Shown in pieces: positions 11,501 through 23,500 of a stretch of DNA of 64,000 nucleotides. The stretch comes from Laetmonice hystrix (taxonomy: Eukaryota). The notes beneath the pieces were generated by a model that did not search any database, was not told the origin of the DNA, and worked only from the letters and a program-made list of their open reading frames with translations. The stretch covers positions 33,108,001 through 33,172,000 of the forward strand of contig OZ249438.1 of NCBI GenBank assembly GCA_965235115.1, read 5' to 3'. Every line of letters starts with the position of its first letter. Positions within the stretch are counted from its first letter, which is position 1. Position numbers and translations under genes: made by a program.

Positions 11501-14500
11501 AGTTCTGAAGTGACAGGTGTGTTTTACTCACTGAGTTGGAGGTACTCCCACACTCCATCCCACTGTTCCATCATATGACCTCGCTGGGTTCCCAGCTGGA
11601 TCAGCTTTTCACGCACCTGTAAAATACACATTAAAACCACTTCATGCACCTTCCTCGTATTCTGGCCTTGTTCAGAGCCCTTCTTTAGCATTAGTACAAG
11701 GTAGAACATGGATTCGTAAAAAAAACTAAGACGAACGATTTTCTATCATTGTTGAGAGTCTTAGATTAAAAGCATACTAACTCCAGAGATTGCTTTGCTG
11801 TAACACCTAGAATCTGGCTCCTTCAACCTACCTCGAGGGAGCGGTAATGTTTGCGTTCCAGCAGGTCTCTGCCAAGATTGAGGCAGATAGCAAAGTTTTC
11901 CTCGCGAGCATCAATTTCTGCCTTCAGGCTCTGGTGATTGTTCATGAGGAGCTCCACGCCAGATACATCGCGCGGCTTGTCCTGTGTGGCCATCTGCCGC
12001 TGAATGTCATCCATCCACAGCATCAGGTCACGAACCAGGTTGAAGAATCTGGACACATAATGTCAATCAGTTAGATCCAAATGGTTCTGATGATGGCTTT
12101 TTGTGCAGGATTACTCAAGCAAGCTTGGCGTTTATATTACCACTAGAAATATATCTGGGGTTTTCACCTGTAAAGGTCGCTTGTATCTCCCAGCTTGTTC
12201 TTACGCTCCTCAACATGGATTTGTAGGTTGCGCCAGGCATTCACGACCTCTGTCTCCCGGTCCTGGATTTCCTGTGCCTTGTCACCGGAGTATGCCACCA
12301 AAAGTTTGCTGGCATCCTCTTGTACTTGTTGAACCTTCAAGAATAAATAAAAATAAATGAAATGATAAAAAAATAAATACATAAAAATAATTAATAACAT
12401 TTGTATGTCTACTCTTTAAGTAGGCCTGCTCATGAAAAACAGTGGCTTATTCAAATTTGCCTAACACTAATTGAGCAATAATTATACTCTCACTGCCTAT
12501 GGAGCTGTTATGGAACAAATTATCAAACATTTATTGGCAAATAAAATGTATCATATCATCATCACAAAGGCTAACCAAGGCACTTTGACAACTCCTCACC
12601 TGTGTTCCAAGAGTGACGAGGTCGTGTTCGAAATTACCATGTCGTCTTTGTAGGGCAGCAACACTCTTGGCATCTTTGCCAAGCTCTTCTGGAATTGAGT
12701 GTTGTTTCTCCTGAAATGAAAGAAACTTACCGAGTCACAATCATGCAAATGCACCATTTCTGTGTATCGATAACTGAGGCATAACTGAGATAACCCAATC
12801 TATATGCAGACAGTGCTGTAAATTCTCATTGGAACGGAAAAGGAACCTGACAAAACCTGGGCATTCTGATGCAGTCACAGACTTACATATATTCTGTCAA
12901 GCGTCTCCTTGCAGTCATGGAAGAACTTGTGCAGCTCCCAGGAAGCAGCCAACATTTGCGTACGCGTGTCGATCAGTTCCAGCAGGTCGGCCCAGGCCTC
13001 GTTTATCTGGTCTTTCCACTCAGCAATGGTGGCTGCATCTGAGTGACCCGCCCCAATCAGCTGATCGCAGATCTCATTAACCGCGGCCACCCGCTCCTGT
13101 CCAATTGTTTCTGTGTCCCGGGCAAATTCCTTGAAACGGTCCCGCAGCATCTAAAAAGGTCAACCACAGTCAGGCTACAACCTCTTCAAAATCCCTTGAC
13201 TATTCCATAAAGAGAACTTGGCATATATAGATAGAAGATTTCCATCAGGATTCATTTCTAACATCAAACTTTGTAAATTAAACATGAATCAATCAACACT
13301 ACCACAGCAAAACCATTCTTAGGCAATTATCTCCCATTCCAAAACTGCACAAAAAGCTTCTTGAATATATTTTGAAAGTAGTACATACTGTAACATGTTC
13401 ATAATCCTGTCCAAGCTCATGGGAACCAGCGACGACTTCACGCTCAGCGATCCACTGCTCCAGGTCATCAATTTCTCTGTTCAGCATGTACAACTTGAGA
13501 ACCTCATCCAACTTGCCACGCCGTTCACCTGCCAGGTCCTTCAGCGAGGCATACAGTTTGTCCACCTGTGACTGCTTGACTGCAACTAGTGCACTGAAAA
13601 AGCCATCAAACACTCTCAAACACCAATCTTAAACACCGACTAACATATTTACTATTTAAAAATATCATCCTTTGTCTGGTTGCCCACAGTGGATCTACCC
13701 AGGTGACTTACCTGTCTGGGTGATCCTCCTCTTCCAGATTGCGGCTTCTTTCACCAAGCTGGCGCACAGTTTCAGCGAAGTCTTCGACAGTCTTCTCAAG
13801 TGTGGAGTGTTTCTTCAGGAAGTTGCCTGCCCCCATTTCATCCTTCGCTCGGTCATCGCCCATCATGTATAACTCTTGCTCCGACATCCAGGCCTCTGCC
13901 TCAGCCGCATCGAAAAAGTACTGTGGAAGAGAAACGGCAATGTGATTCAGATATTTATAAACGTTCACAGTTGAAAAATAACCGCAATATTGTCCTTTAT
14001 GCATGCCCATTACCCTCCTTTAACTTAACAATGACAGTGAGTGAGTTCAATGGTTTAACAAACATCCTCCTCACCTGTTGCGAAATCTCCGAAAGGACAA
14101 GCCTTTGTCTGCGAGCCTCAACGGCTGCCATCAGGTCATCCCACTGCTGGTTAAGGTTATCAATCATTTCCTGGAACTCATCCCCCTGTGGGTGCCCCTC
14201 GTAAATCATGGAGCGCCCAACGTCACAGACTGCCTGCATGCGTGGTTCATGGCTCTCGAGTTCGTTGCGAAGTGACTGGTTCTTGGTGAGCAACATCTGC
14301 ACACTGAGGAGGGAGTTACCATAGTCGGTGTTGGTTGCCTGGGGCATCTTCTCCTCAATCCACATCTTTTCATCCTCCATGTCACGGAGGAATTGGTGCA
14401 CCTTCTTCACACGCTCCAGTGCCAGTCGTCTGGCCTGTAGAGGTGCGAGAACCTTCTTGAAACGCTCCTCCACACGTGACTTGCGTCCCCTGATCTCACT

Positions 14501-17500
14501 CTCCCGTGTTGGGTCCAACTCCCGGAGATGGGAAGCTTGGCTCTCCAGTTCTGCGACCTGTGCTTGTTTTATGTTGAGTTGTGATTCCAAGATCTGCATG
14601 TCAACAAAAAATGAAGTTGAACAATTTATTCCTCATGTAAATGATGAAACTTTTAGGACTAAATATCTATAGAAATGATGATATCATGCCTCCATGTGTT
14701 CAAGGGCATGTGATAATGGAGGAGTGTCTTATTGCACATACTTGCAGCAAGCCTGCCAGTCTCAACTTACGTTTTGTTTCTGTACAAGGAGGTTGACGGT
14801 TGTCAAATCATGGCCAACATCCTCAGTCACAATCTGCGCCTCAATCTCATTGATCCAGCCATCGATGTCATCACAGCTCTGTTCGTAGAGCACATGACGA
14901 TTGGCATCAAACAGTTTCTCGCCTTTGTGTGTTGTGGTCAGCTCTAGCTCCTCCCACTGCCGACGTAGCTCATCAATACGTGGCTCCACAGACCTGGCCA
15001 TCTCAGGCTTCTGTCTGATAAGTTCCTCACCGTCCTGCAACAATAACAGTTGGAGGATAGGTAAAACATCACACGAATACCTTCTACCTTAACACTCTAA
15101 CACTGTGGAGGACAATATAACCCTTCACAAACAGTTTCTTCATTTATAGATCATTCGATCACTAACAAAGACAGGCACCTTCACTACAACTTCTGTAGGA
15201 AGCACTTTCCTCCTCCTTTCCATTGGAACGTTCAAAATACTGCTTTCTTATGTGAGAGACAGTGAATGCTCACCTCGATGAGCTTACGGAGCCTGTCCTT
15301 GTTAGAGGCAATCTCGGACTCGAAGGCTTGATGGCGCATGTATTTGGAGTGGATATTCTTGGCATCTCGGTAGGTCTCATCCTGAGCAGCAATCATTTTC
15401 TCGCCAAGCCAGTCAGTCAGCTCATCACAGTCCTGCAGGTACTGCTGCACCTGCAGGTTGTCTTTGAGGCGCTCTAGCTGTTCGTAAGCCCGCTGACGGT
15501 TCTGGTTACGCCTGGGAGGAACAAGTACAAAGCCTTAGAATAACAAGCCATGACTGAAATCATTGGAATCACCAGCAGGGTTAAGGTTTTGAGAAAACTC
15601 AGGTCATCATCAAGAACTAGAGGTGCTAACCTATCTGCAAGCTGCTCTGCCTTCAACTTGATCTTGTCAGCAGCATAGTGGTTGTCCTCCTGCAAACGCT
15701 GCGAGAACTGCAGCACGGCGTTGATCTTCTCATCATTGGCATCCATTGTGGTGATGAAGGCCTCATGCTGTTTAATGCTGTTCTCAGCCGCTTCCAGCGA
15801 GTGCTGTATAACATAAAGTCGCCATCAATCAACATATCAAACAGTTCAACCCTCCAGTCAGTGCACCATTTCTTCAACAAACCTTAGACCTAATACAATA
15901 CCCACTAAGACCTGTCTCCCCACAACACTTTACCACACAGACCAGTTAAGTCTCACCCTATACTTTGACATCTCCAGTCAGTAATAACCTATAATCTGTG
16001 TGACCACTGGATGCTTGGATCACACCAGTAGGTAAGGCACAAAATACAGTCGACCAAATCCATTATACACATTCAGTTAATATTTACCCTGTCTCATCAA
16101 TATACTGATGCACTCAATATCTGACCATCCCTTTCAAAATAACTAGGATTTATCCAATACTTCACTGCAGTGACTACCGGTAAAATACGATGTCCCATAT
16201 CTAACCTTACTACTTTAAAAAAATCTTGCAGAATAAACCCTGAAAATTTTGAATGCCAATTTTACCTAATCAACCACTCTAACGTTCAGATATGCCGAGA
16301 GAGAGACGATGGATACCCATATAGTGTAGGGGGTTACCCAAGCAACTACATACAGTTCTCACTACTGCATCAGCTGGTGAACGCCATCTAGAGGTGATAG
16401 CCAGTCCTACAGGCTTGGTGCTTGGGTTGGCCAAGCTAGATTTGCAATCAGTTAGAGGCTACCAGTACTATCACCATCTAACGGTAGAAGCTTAGTAGAA
16501 GCCTTTTCAAAGGTAGACCTCGATTTGATGTATATTTATGCATATCCTTTATCATGAAAGTGATACCAGAGTAAAGAAAGTTGTGTGAGCAATTTTGATC
16601 ATGTTCTGTTTTAAGACTGTACAATGATTGGTCCTGAACTGATATGAGTTTGTCTATCCTGGCAGTTTTTATTGTTGGGAGGAGGTGAGGGAACCATAAC
16701 TGTTGTACTACCATGCAGTGGTGGACAAAAATTGGTGGATTAGCAACTCCAAAACGGTGCAAAATTACAAATTATATATTCATCACCAAAGTCTTGGTCC
16801 CACTTGTCCTTCCCGCTTTCCCCAACAATGAAAAACAATAAAACCTCACGACATTCCTTCAGTTAGAATGCCAATAACACAAACGTTTGACCAAAAAAAT
16901 GTGCGTCGAAAAGGTTCTGCATTTCACATCCTTGCAGGAAAGTTTGAAAAAAATCTAATCACAAGAAACATGTTTGCGTGCCGCTGACATGCTTGAATGG
17001 GTCTTGGTTTCTAATGCACTCTGAACCAGTATCACACTGGCAACTTACAAAACCAAACCGAGGCTATGCTACAAGAACTGCAAACCGGTCATCCGTGACA
17101 GTCACACCTACTGCACCCAGTGGCCAATAGGTGGCTCTCAGCTGACAACAGGACATGAAGACAGACAAAACAGCCACCGGAGCATTTTGGTGTTTTTTTC
17201 TAATACACACGCTTACCTGACTTGTATGTGAAGATGACAAAATCAAAACATAATCGACATAAAAGACGCTACCAACTGGGCCGCAACATTAACTGTGGGA
17301 GAACTACAGACACTGGAGTGGGTGGTTACAGTGAGCAGGGATTCAGACACATAGTCAGCGGGAAGTGATAGACAACAGCCTCACATTACCTTCAACTTTA
17401 CCTGACACCTCAAAATATCACTGCATCAACTTCGTTCGTCTAAGGGTTTAAACATGATTTTCAGTGTGTGGCCCCAGATCACAGCACGAGGACCGAGACA

Positions 17501-20500
17501 AAACGTCGATGTCCGGGTGCTGTGATCTGGGGCCACACACTGAAAATCATGTTTAAACCCGGTTCTACCATGACAATACCATGTCTTAGACACTATTTTA
17601 TTTCATAAATAACTAAAATATCAGAAAAAAAGGCTTACCGAGTTTATAGGCTCTACATTACGACCGTGTTTACAATTGGCAGTGCATTCCGAGCACGTTA
17701 TGAAAGGGGCCACCTCAGTGGTTAATATCAGTCTAATTGTGACGCTCTCTATAATTGTTAGTAATTGTGTCGTCATCATTGTGATTGTGTCGGCATAATT
17801 AAATAGATTCTGAACCAATCACATTCTTTATTACAACCTCTGACCGTGCTGTTGGTCTGGGCTCCATGGCACGGTGTTAATCCATCGTTCTCTATAGAGG
17901 GTGCACGGCTAGGAGTGGTAGAACTAGTCTTACAACAGAAGACGACCAAGTCTATGTTGTCCTTGGAAAGGACATGAATTTGTTTAAATACATCATCTCC
18001 CCATACACCCCTATGCTGAAGACAAGAAATAAGACGGTAGTCCTCGGGAGGGTTTGAAACCTGACTGTAGGCCTTAGCCTTCACAGTCCATATCTCACTG
18101 GGCCCATTAAATCTGCTAGTAAGACAATCTGGCCAGAGGTAATAGAGGGGGGGGGGGTGAACAAGACCCCCAGTGGGGGCTCTCACACCTTGGGATTCCG
18201 CCAATCTGCAGTCCTCTACTAATTATTTCTGCACTTTCAAGAGAAGCAGAACATGCCTGGTCTAAGTGACAAACTTGACCTGCAAATGACCTGAGCTAAG
18301 CCTAAAAACTTTGCCCAATCACAGTCACATAATCTAGGACTGAGTTGTTTTGTGTGCAAGGCCAAATTTAGCCAAGTTAAATTACCATCAATTAGCATTA
18401 TAATTATAAAGATGAAAAGTTCTTCAGCTCCAATATCATTACCCTTCTACTGAGGACCGACACAAAGACCTCCACCCTCCCGGAGCCCTCATCAACATTT
18501 CAGTATAGATTCAGCCCAATGCTTCAATCAAAACAATGAGGGCGAAGCTGTGCATGCAACAAAATAACATGAAAGGACACGTGACATCGACACACACAAC
18601 ATGTGGACGTGTACGACACGTAAAGCAACAGGTGTCGGCGGCAGCACCCGATGAGCGACGCATGGCGACGCTTGGCGGAGGGGCTTAGTTACCTGCTTAT
18701 CTAGTCCAGGGGTCGTCTGTGCAACAAAACACAAAAACAAATGGATAAGCCACTGCTACTTGTGTCCGTCTGAGTGACTGGTGGATGGGCCAACTCTGCT
18801 TGCCAGAAACACGGCATAACTATTTACCTTACACTTTCCAATCATGTCTTTACATTAAAAAGAATTTTTAACTTCATTATACATCTCTACCCCAGTATAT
18901 CTCCCGTTTTGCGGCAGCAAGTTGACCCTGGCCATCCTCTGACCTTAGGAAGCACCAGGCCAGCATGGCAGCTTCATATGGCCTGGGAGCGAGCTACAGT
19001 AGGGGCCGAGTGACATCGTCTAGAAATAACACAGGCTTTGGACGGCACCGCCAAATCATATATGATCGAACAGGCCACTTAGGACAGCGATGCTAGCCAA
19101 ATTAAACAGAGTCAGGAGACCAAGCTCAAACTCAGAGAATCAAAACCCAAGAGAAAAACCAAGTCCTCCTAAACAAAACAAGGGCCAAGAGGCCGAGCCA
19201 AGACCATCTGAAAAACAATGTACTCGAGTCAGAGAGGTCCAGGCAAAGTCTTTTCAATGTTTCGATGTGTGCTTTTTAAAAAATTTCTTTCAACATTTCT
19301 GGTTTCAGTTTGGAAACAACGTGGGCTCCAATACCAGGCTTGTGAAGCCAGAAACCATACTGCCGATACTTATGTACCTAGTATTAGTTGACTTAATCTT
19401 GGTTTAGCAGTACCTACCTTGCTTGCCCTCAGGGAAACACAGATCTTACTACTAATGCTATCACCTGTATTCGATTCTAAGTCTACCAACTTTCTTCTTT
19501 CATAACAGAAGAATCAGAAGATACCAATATTAACATTCAGTACCCCTAAGCTACATCTGCTAAATCCCAACAAATCTGTCATAGCTAACATTCTCATATA
19601 CCCAACGAAATGAGTTCCGTCTGACCCTTTTTGTCAATCTGTAAATACCTGTATGTAGGATATAGTTTCACTGTGATATTGCCTCTATTATCCCTCGGCC
19701 TATTGTTTATGTATAGACATCTTGATGTCTTAAAGCAGTGGTATCTCCTCTATATCAGGGCAGTCAACAACACTTACCGGTACCTCTTCCTTGGACAGGA
19801 AGTTGTCTTGCTGACTGAGCAGAACCTCGGCCTGTTTGGCATCGCGCAGGAACACCTAGGTATGACAAAGAGAACGTAACTTGTTATCAAGGCAAAGCAG
19901 TTTGAGACAACCAAAATCACACAAGTATAGTTTGTATACTTCTAATGCTCAGATTAAGTCACCAGATGGAGAGTCGCATTGATCTGATGCAGAACTGCAG
20001 AACTGATGCAGAAGAAAACTCGACTAGTTTGCTAAAAATTTTACAAATGGTCAAAACACTTCACGTGATTAGGGAACAACCGGACAAATGCACAGTATGA
20101 TCTGTACTCATAACGAAGTTGACCTTCCACCTGACCTCTGCCCCTCCCAGACGATGTAAAATTTGCCGCCACTGACCTGGAGGTTGAGACTCTGTGACAG
20201 AAGGTGTTGCTTGTTCTCCCACATCCTCTGTACATCCTCCCAGCCATCATCTAGGGCCTTTAGTCGCTGCAACAACAATCAAAACATCTTAAAAATCTTT
20301 AAAACCAATGTCAATCTTCTGTACTAAGATTTATACGTCACTGTAATACCAGGTAATTCACAACACTAAAAACCCTAAAACTGGAATATACTCTTGGTCA
20401 ATCACAGGTATGCTAAAGGTTCTCAACTAACTCATCACAGTAAAGGTGTCTAACATCTACATCTCTTACCTCTCGCAGGAACATATACTGGACATCATCC

Positions 20501-23500
20501 TGTCCTGCCACCACTCTCTCGCCATAATCATGCATCTTGGAATAATCATCAGCGTATGCGTCAATCTCTTCCTTGATCTGCTGGTGCTGGTTGAGGAGAC
20601 GCTCAGCCTCGGCTAGATCGGTGGGGATGTCCTCGGAGGCTACAGTGGTCTGAGTCTTGGTCAGCCACTTCTGGAAGTGGTCAAGGTTCTGCAGGAAGTG
20701 CTGCAGTTCGCTCGCCTCACCGAGACGCTCATCACGCCGCTTCAGCTGTCAACACACAGAGGCACATTAATAGCTGACATCTCAGGCACACTAGGTTAAC
20801 AAACGTCTCAGTATACAGCTGAATTCAGATCGAGACCTAGGGCCTCTAGACATTACATTACAATGTCTACAAAGGGAAAAACAAGCACTACTGACCATGG
20901 TCTTAAGTTCCATCCAGAGTTCAGTCATCTCGTTGATCTTGACCTGGATGGCCTCAGCCTCCTCTGGCTTCTGGTCCTTCAGACGGTCAGCCTCCTCTTG
21001 CAGCGAGTCCAGCTGTTACAGACAACATGTGTTATAAGGCAGAAACACTAACCTGGAAGTCCACTCGACACAAGATTTCTAACCTCTGCCTATCAATTTC
21101 ACATTATGTTGTATTAACTTAACAGTTCTACATCGCTAGGTTATCTTTTGAGTTCCATAAAGTAGGCAGTATGGAATTGTGCCACACTAATTCAAGATTA
21201 GTCTGAACATTAATGATATTGAAATAACAAGAGCCCCCATGATGGAAGGATTGTGCTGACCTTGGCCTGGATAGCAGCAAGGTCACGCTCTAGACCTGAC
21301 AGGCGGCGCTGTAGGGTCATCACACCAGCCAGGTCATTGCCCAGTTCATCAGTCGACTCGATCAACTTCGCCTTCTCCCTAATCCATGTCTGGAGGAATC
21401 ATGCCACAGCTTGTAAGAAAACTCTCATGATGCCAAGAAACAATCACTACCAAGGCACCACTCGGTATCAGTGAGCTGATACTGAGTCGGTCGATGATGA
21501 GAAAAGCATTAACTCATCCTTTACAGGACAATATCTGAGAAACAACTGTAAAAACAGCCATGTTGTCAGACCATTTAACTTTAGTTCCAATATAAAACAA
21601 CTACCCGGTATGCTCTCGATAACCACATACACCAGACAAACATCCCATTATATGTCACAGTTGTAACAAGTGATGCAACTCACAATGGTTTCCTGGCACT
21701 CAATGTGCCATGTGGTGACACCATGCGCCAAGTTGAGGGAGTCCCGCTTACGGTCAGCGAGTTCACGTAGCTCAGCCCAGCGCTGGTTGAGCTGGTTCTG
21801 TCGAGCGATCACCTCGTCCGAGTTGGGATGTTCATTGTGGAGCAGCTGCCTAGCCAGCTGGTTGACAACAGCCACCTTAGATGCGTTAGAGTTCATCTCC
21901 TGGTCGAATGTTGCGAAGCGCGCCTTGAGGATCTCAACATCCTCAATGTCATCACTTGGCTCCATGGAGGCAAGCAGCTTCTCCTGTGAAGGAACAGATA
22001 AAGAGTTAAGCCATAGGTGAGGAAAATATTTTTCTCTGCTTCATGGGACATTCCTATTACTTAGTCAGTTCCAAAAGTCTCTCACTGTCAGCACGTTACC
22101 ACATGTTAGAGCAAACTTACACCGACTTTTCATTTTTTCCTGTCACCCCTATTTAGAATTTTACCCATTATTACGTAGATTATGATTAACTAGAAGGTTA
22201 AGAAGATTTTACACAATTTACCTTTTCTGCGATCCACTGTTCAACGCCATCAGCCTCATTGAAGAGTTTGTACAGGGCAAGAGCATCAAGCAGGCGCTGT
22301 TTGCGCAGCTTAGCAAGCTCGAGCAGCTCCTGATAGCGGCGGTCAATGGACCCCAGACGACCAAGCACCTCTGGAGACTCGCGATCCTAGAAAACATGCA
22401 AGCAATACAGTAACGTAGGCCTTGTCCCTGTGAAAACTAATGACTACTTGATTTCAGTGGCAAACACAGGATTTATATAAAAAGAAAAAGAGACAGACAA
22501 CTTTTTAACGTCTTATTGCACTTATACTTTACACTGGAAAGTTTAAAAAAATATTTTGAAGTTAAAAAAAATTGTAATGCCTGACACTTACCTGTTCCCC
22601 AAGGCTTCCTGCCTGCTCGTGGAGTGCCTGGATAACACTGCTGTAGTTCTGCAGTTCATCGCTCACCTCCTATTCACAGAGAGAAGACAAACTTAGTCCC
22701 AGCTGCCGAGCCGACAGGACCCTCAAGGTCTTTATCACACTTAACATAACCAGCATCGTACAGATAGTTCTATACTCCCAACACCACCTTAAAACAATGC
22801 ATCCACTGGGTTTGTCTACACTTCTCTACCATAGCTCTACTCATCGTCTACAGACAAAACCTTCACCATTACCTCAATCATCTAAGTAAAACTCTTTAAA
22901 CTCACATCACTATTAGTGTCTCTTAAATACCAGTACATTATTATGCAAACATGTCTAACTTACATTTAAATTGATTACGGTCGAATGTTAACGCTATCTT
23001 ATGTCATTAAGCCAAAATCACGTCCATCTAAGATTGTAACTGGTTTGAGTTGATTTCAGAAGCAAAGCCACTGATTTCTAGATGTACAGATCGCCTTGGC
23101 TGTAGCCTACAGAGTGCAGCCTCGTGACACACAGTGCTTGGTTCCGAGGCAAACAGTGCTTTCATAACTACATGAGCAAATGGTCATTCACATTTGTATT
23201 TCCCTCACTAAGAGTATCGTTAAAGCAGCTTTATAAGAGAGATTCTGTTCATGCTTCGTGCAACAAACCAGGTGGTTTCCTCCATCTCCCGGAAATGATG
23301 AAACAAAAAATGTTGTCTGGGATTTTGTTCTCCTTTGGGCGAGGGGTCTGGGTAGGTATAGTAATTGATAATCATACGTTGTCTATTACAAGTACAAAAA
23401 CCATGGGAAGGAAACCATCTGACGGAGGTGAAACGTGGGTAGAACTGCTGTATGGGTGAACCCACATACAGTAACTGTACACGTGACTGTGCTTCTATTG

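Noticed and set aside
14328-14672. Plus-strand ORFs overlapping spectrin exons (also 11847, 21670, 30181, 30670 and others)
   Set aside because: Antisense shadows of the real minus-strand exons; no independent homology or splice structure
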